A DNA stretch of 64,000 bases from Macrostomum lignano (taxonomy: Eukaryota), in contig NIVC01001861.1 of NCBI GenBank assembly GCA_002269645.1, forward strand, positions 124,001 to 188,000. The letters are read 5' to 3'. Positions 50,601 to 62,957 of this stretch are shown piece by piece; within the stretch, counting starts at the first letter, position 1, and the number at the start of each line of letters is the position of its first letter. The notes under the pieces were generated by a model. It saw nothing but the letters and a program-made list of their open reading frames with translations. It was not told the DNA's origin and made no database searches. The position numbers and the translations under genes were made by a program.

Positions 50601-53600
50601 ATTCGAAGGGTTAATGAGGCGGATTCGTCCACTGACGCTGACGAAGACGGCACCGCCTCGGCTCGTGGCGGCGGCGGAGGCGGCGGCAGCGGCGGTCAGA
50701 TGGGATCCGGGAGTGGTAGGGAGACTCTTGAATCAAATTGCATTGGAATCTTCTAATAGAGATTCCCATTAAATCCCGTCATCCCTTGAGAGTCCCCTGC
50801 TTCCCATAGAGAAGCCCTGATTCCCATAGGGAATCCCCCTGATTCCCATAGAGAATCCCCTGATTCCCATAGAGAATCCCCTGATTCCCATAGGGAATCC
50901 CCCTGATTCCCATAGAGAATCCCCTGATTCCCATAGGGAATCCCCCTGATTCCCATAGAGAATCCCCTGATTCCCATAGAGAATCCCCTGATTCCCATAG
51001 AGCATCCCCTGATTTCCATAGGGCATCCCCTGATTTCCATAGGGCATCCCCTGATTCGCATAGAGAATCCCCTGATTCCAATAGAGAATCCCCCTGATTC
51101 CCATAGAGAATCTCCCTGATTCCCATAGACAATCCCCTGATTCCCATAGAGAATCCCCTGATTACCATAGAGAATCCCCTGATTCCCATAAAGAATCCCC
51201 TGATTCCCATAGAGAATCCCCTGATTCCCATAGGGCATCCCCTGATTCGCATAGAGAATCCCCTGATTCCCATAGAGAATCCCCCTGATTCCCATAGAGA
51301 ATCCCCTGATTTCCATAGGGCATCCCCTGATTCGCATAGAGAATCCCCTGATTCCCATAGAGAATCCCCTGATTCCCATAGAGAATCCCCTGATTTCCAT
51401 AGGGCATCCCCTGATTCGCATAGAGAATCCCCTGATTCCCATAGAGAATCCCCCTGATTCCCATAGAGAATCCCCTGATTTCCATAGGGCATCCCCTGAT
51501 TCGCATAGAGAATCCCCTGATTCCCATAGAGAATCCCCCTGATTCCCATAGAGAATCTCCTTGATTACCATAGAAGAATCCCCTGATTCCCATAGAGAAT
51601 CCCCCTGATTCCCATAGGGCATCCCCTGATTCGCATAGAGAATCCCCTGATTCCCATAGAGAATCCCCCTGATTCCCATAGAGAATCTCCTTGATTACCA
51701 TAGAAGAATCCCCCTGATTCCCATAGAGAATCTCCTTGATTCCCATAGAGAATCCCCCTGATTCCCATAGAGAATCTCCCTTATTAGCATAGAGAATCCC
51801 CTGATTACTACGGAGAACTCCTGAATCCCACATCAAAGAATCAAACGCGATCCCCACATCCCGCACACTCATCCCAGGCTCCCGGCCGGACAAGCGCTCA
51901 GTCCTGTACGCCATGAACCTGGCCAACCCTACAATCCTACAATCCTAGGTTGACGCCCTACAATCTGCCGTCAAAGCTGCGCATCCGTTCCGTCTGCTGC
52001 AGCGACACCCACGCCATCGCAGTGGGCTCGGAGCGCTCCGTTTACTCCTGGGGCGAGAACGCCAGCGGCCAGTTGGGCCACGAGGACCTCATCGCCCGGA
52101 GCAAGCCGACCCTGGTTGACGCTCTACGCGGCAAAGGCATCAGCCGGGCAACCTGCGGCTTGGCGTTCAGCGTGTTCACCTCGGACAATGGCATAGTTAT
52201 GACCTGCGGAAGCGGCAGCCACGGCTGTCTTGGCCACGGCGACTGGGTCTCCGTGGCCCGGCCGAAGCTCATCGAATCTCTGCTGTCTGTCGATGTGGCC
52301 GCCATCGCCTGCGGACCGCAGCACGTCGTCGCCGCTAGCAAGGAGGGTCGCGTCTTCGCCTGGGGCCGCGGGCCGACGGGCGGACTGGCCTGCGTGACGA
52401 AACTGACCGGTGCGCGCCGACACCGGTGCCGATTCAGGTAACTGGCAAACAGCCGGACGGACACTAGGAAGCTAAGATTCTCGGACAGTATGGCACCAGT
52501 AGGTCACTAAAATACTCGGACAGAATGACACTAGGTCACTAAGATACTCGGACAGTATGGCATTAGGTCACTAGGACACTAGAATACTCGGACAGCATGA
52601 TACTAGGTCAGTAAGATAGTTTCTGACGCTGAACTTTGCACCAATCCTGCAACAGGAGCCTCAGCGGATTCGCGCAGTGTACGCCGGCACTGACGGCAGC
52701 ATGTTTCTGACAGACGCAGGGTCTGTCCTGGCCACAGGCAACAATCGGCACAATCGACTGGGCTTGAATCAACGCCAGGGCTTTCTAATGACAATGAAGA
52801 ACATGTTTAACAAATTGGACGTCGATGGTGTCAAAGAACCGACGCCTTTGCGCGCTTTAGCTCGGTACAAAGTGATTTACATCAGCATGGGACCCGAGCA
52901 CACGGCTGTGCTAGTTGAGCCAAATCACGTTGTAACATTTGGGCGCAATAGCGAAGGTAATGCGCGAATAGTTTAGAAAGTAAAAAAACAGAGCTCCTCT
53001 AACAAATAACCCTTTTTAGCTCGAAAGAGAGCTTTGTTTGTAGGCAATAAAACTTCTTACCCATTGCGGTGCAGCTTCGGTTGTGGGCAATAAAACTCAT
53101 CACCAATTGCGGCGCAGCATCGGTTGTGGGCAATAAAACTCCTTACCCACTGCAGCGCAGTTTCGGTTGTGGGCAATAAAACTCCTCACCAATTGCGGCG
53201 CAGTTTCGGTTGTGGGCAATAAAACTCCTTACCCATTGCGGCACAGCTTCGGTTGTGGGCAATAAAACTCCTTACCCATTGCGGCGCAGCTTCGGTTGTG
53301 GGCAATAAATCTTAAACATTGCAGCACAATTTTGGTTGTGGGCATAAAACTTCTTAAACATTCATTACAAAGAGGAGCTGTTCAAGAAATCCGAATTTCG
53401 AATAGATTGAAGAATAAATGTTGACTCTATGAGCGTATCATCTCCATTTCTAGGCCAGCTGGGCCTTGGAATCACCAAAGCCCAAGGCGGCATCGTCGAG
53501 GTGCAGGGTCTCGACGGTAAGGCAGTAACCGGCATTGTCTGCGGGCCGCGGTTCACCCTCTGCCAGGTGGCCGACAGCGAACTACTCCTGTGGGGCCTTC

Positions 53601-54676
53601 GAGTCCCACTGCCCGACCAGCATCCGTCGCAGCAGCATCGGCAGAGGCGTCGCTCTTTTGAAAGCGTCGACTCAGATGACTCGGACGATTCCGGCGATGG
53701 CGCCGGCGGCGGCGGTGGCGGTGGCGATGGTGGCGGTGGCGGCGGCGGTAGTCGTGCAAACGGGCGCCGCGGCGCCCATCCGGAACTGCACCTGACCCCG
53801 GTGCCGATCCTGATGCTCAACAACAACCAGAAGCCCAGCCCATCGTCAGCCACAGCGACGGCCGTGGAGCAGGTGAGCCTCGGCGCGGTGCTCACCCAGC
53901 GGGACAGTCTGATGGTTCAGGTGGAGACCACCGCACCGGCGCCCAGCCACCGCCGGCACCAGCACCAGCCTCAGCGGCGGGAGCGCAGCATCTCGTCATC
54001 TTCATCAAGCGCCGCGGCTAAACGGCTGCCCTCGGCTCAGGCGCCGCCGTCGGCGCAATCGTCGTCGTTGAGTCGGCGCCAACTGAACGGCAGCGGCGGA
54101 GCTGCGGGCGACTCTTCGGACTCGGCGCCGGAACTGGAGCCGCTGCCGACCTGGGTGAAGCGCGAGTTCGAGGCCGCGCCGCACCTGCCGGCTCCTCCGG
54201 CCTCCCAGTCCAGCAAGACAATGACGTCCGTTTCGTTGACTCGCCAGACGTCAACGTCATCGGTGGCCTCGGCCGCTGTGCCGACAATGTCATCGTCGGC
54301 GTCTTCGGCGGCCCCGCTGCTGGAGGAGCTGCACGTGCTGCGCCAGGAGAAGCTGCTGGCAGAGAAGAAGCTGTCGGCCCTGGAGTCGGCCAGCCGGACG
54401 GAGGCGGAGGAGGCGCGAAATCGCGAAGCGATGCTCAGACGGGAGCTGGACTCGCTGCGCCGGGAGCTGGCAAAACAGCAGGGCCTGCTGACGGAGAATC
54501 AGCAGGCGGTCAGCAGCCTGCAGCGCCAGTTCGGCTCCAAGCCTCAGCCGCAGCCGCAGCCGCAGCCGCAGTCAAGACTGCACTCTGCGTCTCTCTCGGC
54601 TTCTTCTTCCTCGTCATTCGCCACGGCCGCCTCGTCGTCCGAGCCAAGAAAGTCGCGAGTTTGTTCAGTCCAATAA
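47669..54676 (+). CDS. nek8: NEK8-like NIMA kinase with N-terminal extension, RCC1 repeats, coiled coil and CaaX-like end. Exons 47669-48055, 48320-48664, 49499-49765, 50247-~50715, 51878-52437, 52656-52956, 53454-54676. Exon 5 carries two frame lesions
   Basis: Kinase: VGKGAYG, ILKEI, LDHPNII, HRDLKTANIFL, GDFGIAK, GTPYYLSPE, KSDIWALGC. RCC1: VYSWGENASGQLGH, GSGSHGCLGHG, VACGPQHVV, FGRNSEG|QLGLG. Junctions are phase-compatible. As read, exon 5 has an in-frame TAG at 51946. Confidence 0.85.
48685..49345. repeat. 47-bp minisatellite in NEK intron 2
   Basis: TGCTGTACATTGG recurs at 48734, 48781 and onward. Confidence 0.95.
49825..50150. repeat. 28-bp minisatellite in NEK intron 3 (GATCCTCAGTTGCTGGGCCAGCCTCCCA)
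   Basis: Tandem periodicity. Confidence 0.95.
50790..51810. repeat. 21-23-bp minisatellite in NEK intron 4 (GATTCCCATAGAGAATCCCC[C]T)
   Basis: Tandem periodicity. Confidence 0.95.
52455..52610. repeat. Short degenerate tandem repeat in NEK intron 5 (CACTA..ATACTCGGACAG)
   Basis: Four to five imperfect units. Confidence 0.75.
53035..53350. repeat. 43-bp minisatellite in NEK intron 6, each unit with AATAAA
   Basis: AATAAA at 53046, 53089, 53132, 53175, 53218, 53261, 53304. Confidence 0.94.
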
Positions 54677-56046
54677 AATTTGAACTGACGCCAAAATTGG
54701 TTTCAGATAAACAAAGAAAGAATATTTAGCTCACAATATTTTGTTTTAACAGAAGAAACTCACTCGCGCCATTAGAGCTTTTTGAAGCAATTTAAAACGT
54801 GCGAAAAAACTGCTGAATTGCTACTTGCATCACTGTCCTAGTGAGTAGCATCTTCAGTGAATTTTTTTAGTTTATTTTACAGATACTAGAATAACTAGAT
54901 GGACCAATCAGGCATATATACTTAGTTCAGTAGCAAAGAAGAATACATAAGCTATTTTATAAAAATAAAGGCAACTGAAACGACTTTGATAAGTTTAGAA
55001 GCCCAAGCTTGCAGGTGCAAACAAACTTGCTAATTGGTTAAGCAATAATGTACATTAGCCAGTCCACTGAAATGTACATGGCAGCTTTAGGCTGGAATTC
55101 CAAGAAAGGCAATAAAAATTGGGATGGGGCCGGCGTGGTGTGGAAGGCGGTTTAAGCGGGGGGGGGGGCTAAGAGCCAATAAAAAGCAATCCTTGGCTTT
55201 AAAAATACACCAAAATGCTTTTGTATAACTTGCTACTGAATTGAAAGTAGCTTACATGCAAATGTGCTGAATGGCCCATCTAGTTGTTCTAGTATCCGTG
55301 GTTTATTTTTAAATTGAAAATGTTAAAAAATGTTATTTGTCACTTTTAAAGTCGATATATAAAGTTTTCTAGTCGATCGTTGGTGTAAACCAAGTGTACA
55401 TTTTGTACTTGAACCAATAGCTTCTTCAGGTTTTAAAAGGAGTTTTAAGATTTCGGCGAGGTTAAAAAAGCTTCGACCAGAATCAATATTCCCAGGAAGA
55501 TCAGTACGTCCTTTGCGCTGCAGAGCATGGAAACGTGATAACATTTTTCCTATCTTTCTTATCTTACTGAAGCTCACAAATATATATATTGAACATGCCT
55601 GTCTTAAATAATTTAATCAGGATGCGCCTCTGCGAGCTTTCACATTTGAGATATATATTTGTTTTTTTTAAAAAGCGCGTTGCTTTTTCTATTTGAGATT
55701 CGGGATGTGTCATCACATCGGCTTGTCTAATCCGGAGCCCAACGGCAGATTTGGCCTGGCAGATTGCTGACAGCTTCACGACCTTGATGAGGAAAAAGAG
55801 GGGGGGCTAAACAAGCGACAGGTGAGCAGCGGCCTCTAAATATTATAATTTTTGGAGGAGCTTATGAGGGCCATTTGCCCCGCTATTATGCAGCCCATAA
55901 TTTGCAGGGAAGCGTTTCCTGAAATGCGTAAAAGCAGATTGCAATGAATGCAAATCCAAGCACAGACAAACAACATACTACTATGAATAGCTTCATTTGC
56001 TATTCGGAAAACTAGATATTGTCTGCTTAGTTAACTAGACATGTCA

Positions 56047-56360
56047 GGGGATTTTAGCCTAGTGGTTAGAACGTCGGACTCGCGACTTGAAGGTCGGGGG
56101 TTCGATTCCCGATCCCACTGGAACAATTTGTGTCCTTGGGCAAGACGCTTAACTCTGCATTGCTTCAGTTCACCCAGCTGCAAAATGGGTGCCAGCATTA
56201 GCTGGGGTAATTGAGGGTGTGTGGCGACCCCCCAGTCCTTGGACTGAACAGCCGTACGCAGCCTTCAGATGCGCCGCGCAATAGCTGCGGCTGAGCTCTC
56301 GGTTGCACATCTGCCAATCAATTAGGGCAGCTGTAATAAATTATTATAATATTATTATTA
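56047..56360 (+). mobile_element. Full-length tRNA-derived CORE-type SINE with AT-rich (TTA) tail
   Basis: A box TAGCCTAGTGG and B box GGTTCGATTCC in a tRNA-like head. TGTGTCCTTGGGCAAGACGCTTAAC..CAGTT..CAGCTGCAAAATGGG resembles the MIR/CORE domain. A second copy lies at 41341. Confidence 0.85.
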
Positions 56361-56804
56361 TTAAAAAATTGTTAAAACATTTCCCCTATCTTGCTAATGC
56401 CTTTTACAGTGAAACCTGGTACCCAGCGTCCTGAGCTAACCCATCTGTCCAAAAGTACATGTGTACTTAATACTCGCCATCTCTCACAGGCCATGTTTTT
56501 GTAAACATGCCAATCAGTGCAGATGAAATAATCGTCATAGACTTTGAAAAATATTTCTTCATCTTTGAATCCTCACAAACATTTCCTGGGGTACGAGCGT
56601 CCTCGCCAGAATTTAATTAAATCAATGAGTCTTGCAGCCCTGACTCAGAGTAACTCTTAATAATTTATAGCTCTGTCCTGCCTTGCCAGATACTGTATAA
56701 CTGTCTTGTCGTGACATTTCTGACTTGGCATGGCAATGATAGGAGATCATAGGGCGAATACTGCTTCACAACTGAATCTGCTTCTCTAAACACATCTTTA
56801 AACA

Positions 56805-57090
56805 TCTCTCCTATCTCTACCTCTCTCTCATCTCTACCTCTTTCCCATCTCTACCTCTCCATATCTACGTCTCTCCCATCTCTACCTCTCCCATATCTAC
56901 GTCTCTCCCATCTCTACCTCTCTCCCATCTCTACCTCTCCATATCTACGTCTCTCCCATCTCTACCTCTTCCATATCTACGAGTACTTCCTTCCATCTCT
57001 GCCTCTCTCTCATTTCTACCTCTCTCCCATTTCTACCTCTCTCCCATCTCTACCTCTCTCATTTCTACCTCCTCCCATCTCTACTTCTAT
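56805..57090. repeat. CT-rich degenerate tandem repeat (CTCTCCCATCTCTAC)
   Basis: Direct. Confidence 0.85.
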
Positions 57091-57559
57091 CCCATGCCAT
57101 ACCCCCTAATTTTTACACTTGTTTATCTCTCTCCCTTGTTCTGTCCTTGCGTCCAAGTGTCTGTGTCTCTTTAGCAATAAACTAATTATAGTTCGGGACA
57201 ACTGCAGGCCTGCATCTTGATTTCTGCTGCACTTTTTCGCAATCCAACTGTAGCTGATCATAAATAAAGGTATCAAATTATCAGGAGAGGTCTGGCAATC
57301 TCGGTGTCATTTTGTCATGAAATAATCAGAGACCCTCTTTCTGCCTGAGTGCAGCTTTAACTATAATTCGATTTTCGATTTTACACGGCTGGTAGAAATC
57401 CGAAAACACGATTTAATCAACCTTCAACCTTCAGGTCACGTGAAAGCAAAGCATCGTCAAGATTTTAGCCCCCCCCCCGTAGAGAAAGGCTTAAGATTCA
57501 GATTTTCTCCTATTTCTCGTAAATTATTGTGCGTCACACTTCTAAGCTGACAAAGAGGT

Positions 57560-57862
57560 TTTAGCATCAGGGGCTTTAGCACCGGGGGCGCCAGCACCGG
57601 GGGCTTTAGCACCAGGGGCTTTAACATCAGGGGCTTTAACATCAGGGGCTTTAGCACCAGGGGCTTTAGCACCAGGAGCGCCAGCACCGGAGCGCCAGCA
57701 CCGGGGGCGCCAGCACCGGGGGCGCCAGCACCGGGGGAGCCAGCACCGGGGCGCCAGCACCGGGGGAGCCAGCACCGGGGGCGCCAGCACCGGGGGCGCC
57801 AGCACCGGGGGAGCCAGCACCGGGGCGCCAGCACCGGGGGAGCCAGCACAGGGGCGCCAGCA
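57560..57862. repeat. 15-bp minisatellite (GGGGCTTTAGCACCA to GGGCGCCAGCACCGG)
   Basis: Tandem periodicity with a polar change of unit. Confidence 0.92.
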
Positions 57863-58384
57863 TTTTTAGGATAACTTTAGCCGCTCATTGATTTTCCAAG
57901 GCTTCCAAACCAGCGGTTTCTAGCAATGTGTCGCCCCTGTGTCTTCACTGGATCAATATTGATTTTTGCTAATCGGGCAGGCTGGGCACACAGACAGCCC
58001 AATACGTCAATCATATGCTAGTTCAAACCTATAAATAGCCGTAATACCTGTCTGAGAATTGAGTCCTAGGCGTGAGCGGTCATAAATCATTTCAAACACA
58101 TTCTTTTGTCAGAAGCCATATCTCATAATTACTTTGAAAGATTTTTTCTACTTATTGCAGAGTTCAGTTAGTGCTGATCACTTTGGGATTTCTCTGAGTC
58201 CCAGAGTGAACCGGCCAGTCAAAGGCGCCTCGATAATTTGCATATTTTTACTGACCAGAATAAAAGCACCTCCTACAAGCTATTAATAGACTTTGTAGGC
58301 TTAAAGGACACGTTGTACTTTAATTAAATGGATTAATAAATACATATTAATGCAGCTGGAACTTATCTTGTGCTAGAAAGGAAG

Positions 58385-59140
58385 CTGAGACAATCCTATT
58401 GTTGAAGCTGAGATAATCCTATAGTTGAAGCTGAGATAATCCTATAGTTGAAGCTGAGATAATCCTATAGTTGAAGCTGAGATAATCCTACAGTTGAAGC
58501 TGAGATAATCCTATTGTTGAAGCTGAGATAATCCTACAGTTGAAGCTGTGATAATCCTATAGTTGAAGCTGAGATAATCCTACAGTTGAAGCTGAGATAA
58601 TCCTATAGTTGAAGCTGAGATAATCCTATAGTTAATGCTGAGATCTATAGTTGAAGCTGAGATAATCCTACAGTTGAAGCTGAGATAATCCTATAGTTGA
58701 AGCCGAAATAATCATATAGTTGAAGCTGAGATAATCCTATAGTTAAAGCTGAGATACTCCTACAGTTGAAGCTGAGATAATCCTATAGTTGAAGCTGAGA
58801 TAATCCTACAGTTAAAGCTGAGATAATCCTACAGTTGAAGCTGAGATAATCCTACAGTTGAAGCTGAGATAATCCTATAGTTGAAGCCGAAATAATCATA
58901 TAGTTGAAGCTGAGATAATCCTATAGTTAAAGCTGAGATACTCCTACAGTTGAAGCTGAGATAATCCTACAGTTGAAGCTGAGATAATCCTACAGTTGAA
59001 GCTGAGATAATCCTTTAGTAGAAGCTGAGATAATCCTATAGTTAAAGCTGAGATAATCCTATAGTTGAAGCTGAGATAATCCTTTAGTAGAAGCTGAGAT
59101 AATCCTATAGTTGAAGCTGAGATAATCCTATAGTTGAAGC
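58385..59140. repeat. 23-bp minisatellite (GTTGAAGCTGAGATAATCCTATA)
   Basis: Tandem periodicity. Confidence 0.96.
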
Positions 59141-59509
59141 TATTTTGCGCAACTAACAATGGAGTTGAGCTGAAAAAATATAATGAGCCATTGTTGACAA
59201 ACAAGAATGACAAAAAGCTACACAATAATTGTTGTCTACACTTGTTTAAGGCAGAGTAGGCATAGAGACTCACAGAGAGACACGGAGAGAGTGAGGGAGG
59301 GGTGAGAATTTCCCAGCGAATCCCAGTTAAGATGGCGTCTAGCGAATTGCAGGATTTTTAAGCTCAAGCAGGTAGAAAGTACAGCCAGGTGGAACAGACG
59401 ATGATGGCAGATAAGGATAAATTTCTGAGAAACTAAAGGCATCCGATTCGTTAAAGCATTCAAAGGATCAGACGGATTGACTAAGAAGGATTTTGAAAAA
59501 TTCAATTAT

Positions 59510-59750
59510 TTTCGGAGAAAACTCGGACGGAATCGGGACATTTTCGGTCACACTCGGACAATCTCAGACAGATTCGGACAAACTCGGACGAAATCGGAAA
59601 TTCTCTGACAGATTCGAACAAACACGACAGATTCTGACAAAACGAAGACGGAATAGGAAATTCTCGGACAGATTCGGACAAACACGGACAGATTCTGACA
59701 AAACGAATACGAAATAGGAAATTATCGGACAGATTCGGACAAAACTCGAA
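59510..59750. repeat. Degenerate repeat (CGGACAGATTCGGACAAA) directly upstream of the globin ATG
   Basis: Imperfect units. Confidence 0.7.
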
Positions 59751-59771
59751 CGGACACGCCCAGATTTCGGC

Positions 59772-60491
59772 ATGGGATGCGCATCCTCAAACCCCAGCAA
59801 CGATGGTGCCCGGCAGCGGTACTCGCCAAAAGCCGATCAGAAAGCCAACCGAGGCGTCGGGCTCGCGCAGGACGGCCACTTCAACAAGGACTCGCCGCCA
59901 GCGGACGAGCAGAACGGCGCCGCCAACCAGCTGCAGGAGAAGCGGCTAATCTACTGCAAAGTGAAAGACGAAGAACGCGAATGGGACGACAGGTGCATAC
60001 TAACACAGCAGGAGATCTTCAAACTGTGGACGTCGTGGAATTTCGTGCACGATCGGGTGTACCGAGCCGGGGTGCACATGTTCCTGCTGCTGTTCAAGCA
60101 GCACCCAGTCCTGCTGGCCATCTTTAAACGCTTCGGCGGAGTCGAGAGCGGAGAGGGCGGCCTGGACGGCTTGCTGACCAAGGACAACCCGGATCTGAAA
60201 CGGCACGCGGCCACGGTGATGGGGCTGCTAGACGATGCCATAGTGAATCTGGACAAGTACGAGCTGGTCAAGGCTCGCCTTCACTGCACCGCTCGAACGC
60301 ATCGCCAGTTTGTCGGCTTCGAGGCGCGTTTCTTCTGGCTGATGCGCGAGCCGTTCCTCGGCTCCCTGGAGGCCATCCTGGCCGAGAAGTACACGGACGC
60401 GATGAAGCAAATCTACGAGAAGACCATCGATTGGATTCTGGGCGAGTTGTACAACGGGTTCCAGGAAGCGCCGCGAATGTCGAACGGCTAG
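59772..60491 (+). CDS. Intronless globin (globin X / neuroglobin-like) with N-terminal MGC acylation motif, 239 aa
   Basis: Globin fold: IFKLWTSW (A helix), MFLLLFKQHP (B/C), FKRF (CD1 Phe), LKRHAATVM (E7 His), TARTHRQF (F8 His), MKQIYEKTIDWI (H helix). Confidence 0.9.
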   Translation: MGCASSNPSNDGARQRYSPKADQKANRGVGLAQDGHFNKDSPPADEQNGAANQLQEKRLIYCKVKDEEREWDDRCILTQQEIFKLWTSWNFVHDRVYRAGVHMFLLLFKQHPVLLAIFKRFGGVESGEGGLDGLLTKDNPDLKRHAATVMGLLDDAIVNLDKYELVKARLHCTARTHRQFVGFEARFFWLMREPFLGSLEAILAEKYTDAMKQIYEKTIDWILGELYNGFQEAPRMSNG

Positions 60492-60496
60492 TCAGG

Positions 60497-60532
<36 letters not shown>

Positions 60533-60729
60533 TTGCCGACTCTAACACGATCTCTATATCTAACCGGCTGGATGCACCCACTGCGTTACTGTCTATTCGT
60601 GCTGTAATATTCATTCTAGGTACCGAAAAACACTACGCTACCTGGAAATTTCTGCTTTGCAACTTTAAAGAGTCCTGTGCTGACTTGTAAGTGTTAGTTG
60701 AGCCTCCATAGCCTTGAATTGTTGGATTT

Positions 60730-61415
60730 GGCTGTGGATTGTTAAATTTGGCTTGTTTTATTGTTGAATTTGGCTTTGGATTGTCGTATTTGACATGTTG
60801 GATTGTTGAACTTAGGATTTTTGGATTTGGCTTGTTGGATTGTTGAGTTTGGCTTGTTGGATTGTTGAGTTTGGCTTGTTGGATTGTTGAGTATGGCTTG
60901 TTAGATTGTTGAGTTTGGCTTGTTGGATTGTTGAGTATGGCTTGTTAGATTGTTGAGTTTGGCTTGTTGGATTGTTGAGTTTGGCTTGTTGGACTGTTGA
61001 GTATGGCTTGTTGGATTGTTGAGTTTGGCTTGTTGGATTGTTGAGTTTGGCTTGTTGGATTGTTGAGTTTGGCTTGTTGGATTGTTGAGTTTGGCTTGTT
61101 GGATTGTTGAGTTTGGCTTGTTGGATTGTTAGATTTTTTATTTTGGCTTGTTGGATTGTTGAATTTGGCTTGTTGGATTGTAGAATTTGGCTTGTTGGAT
61201 TGTTGAATTCCGCTTGTTGGATTGTAGAATTTGGCTTGTTGGATTGTAAAAATTGGCTTCTTAGATTGTTGGATTGTTTAATTTGGCTTGTTGAATTTGG
61301 CTTGTTGGATTGTTGAATTCGGCTTGTTGAACTTGGCTTGTTGGATTGTTGAATTTGGCTTGTTGGATTGTTGAATTTGGCTTGTTGGATTGTTGAATTT
61401 GGATTTGGCTTGTTG
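60730..61415. repeat. 22-bp minisatellite (GGCTTGTTGGATTGTTGARTTT)
   Basis: Tandem periodicity. Confidence 0.95.
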
Positions 61416-62164
61416 GATTGTGCTTGAAGTGTTGGAACCCTTGCTTGAACTTACCAGTAACCATTCACCCAGTTTGTCACCAAGAATTCACAAAAGTTCA
61501 ACGCACCAAATGCAGCACTGTAAATCGATGTTGTTCGTCTATTCTTTAACAGACGATTCGCGATGCTATATAAATGACAGAGAAAAGTTTCTACGAGAAA
61601 GTGCGTGGAAATCAATGTATGCTGTGCACTCATGTGCCCTGTATAGTGATTGCATCCAGTAGTGTCTGTATACTGTAATCTCATATTGTGTAGAATGTAG
61701 TGCTGTGTGTAAGCAAAACGGAGTTGCCCGAGTTCGCCTGTCGTTCTGGAAGGGCGATCCCGCAGCCCGAGGCGCTATATGTGACCACAGGCACCCCTCT
61801 TCAGCCCATTTCTATCATTTTTTAGCTTAGGACCTTGACAGCAATAAATCTAGTTGTGTTAGCTAAACGAAAATTGAAACTGTCGTCCTTTTTTCGTGGC
61901 AGATGTTCACAAGCGATTTGTTCGTTAAATTCTAGGCATCTGTCGAATGTTTAGTACAGTGCATCTGCTCTGTAGCGAAATGGGATACTGATCAACTTGT
62001 TAAGTTTCAAATTTTGTTGCATGTACAAGAAAATACTGATGTAGAGGTCAATTTGTCTCGGCTAGTCATGGCAACCAAGGGAGGAGAGTGAGAATGAAAA
62101 AAATTGAGTTAGTTGAGTCTGGCACTGCAGAATTGCATTTTAAAGTGTTGAATTTGAAGGCTGG

Positions 62165-62957
62165 GACTCTAATATTGACAGCTGGGATTCTAATATTGAC
62201 AGCTGAGACTCTAATATTGACAGCTGGGATTCTAATATTGACAGCTGGGATTCTAATATTGACAGCTGAGACTCTAATATTGACAGCTGAGACTCTAATA
62301 TTGACAGCTGAGACTCTAATATTATATTGACAGCTGAGACTCTAATATTGACAGCTGAGACTCTAATATTGACAGCTGAGACTCTAATATTGACAGCTGT
62401 GACTCTAATATTGACAGCTGAGACTCTAATATTAACAGCTGAGACTCTAATATTAACAGCTGAGACTCTAATATTGACAGCTGAGACTCTAATATTGACA
62501 GCTGAGACTCTAATATTAACAGCTGAGACTCTAATATTAACAGCTGAGACTCAAATATTGACAGCTGAGACTCTAATATTGACAGGTGCGACTCTAATAT
62601 TATATTGACAGCTGAGACTCTAATATTGACAGCTGAGACTCTAATATTGACAGCTAAAACTCTAATCATGACAGTTTAGACTCTAATATTGACAGCTGAG
62701 ACTCTAATATTGACAGGTGAGACTCTAATATTATATTGACAGCTGAGACTCTAATATTGACAGCTGAGACTCTAATATTGACAGCTAAAACTCTAATAGT
62801 GACAGTTTAGACTCTAATATTGACAGCTAAAACTCTAATAGTGACAGTTTAGACTCTAATATTGACAGCAGAGACTCTAATATTAACAGCTGAGACTCAA
62901 ATATTGACAGCTGAGACTCTAATATTGACAGCTGAGACTCTAATATTGACAGCTGAG
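62165..62957. repeat. 21-bp minisatellite (ACTCTAATATTGACAGCTGAG)
   Basis: Tandem periodicity. Confidence 0.96.

Noticed and set aside
56047-56120. tRNA gene
   Set aside because: Poor anticodon stem, and it continues into CORE and tail sequence shared with 41341; it is a SINE head.
55140-57480. GGGGGGGCTAA (55146, 55800) and TTAGCCCCCCC (57466) as possible MITE terminal inverted repeats
   Set aside because: Short low-complexity match with no identifiable TSD or extended pairing.
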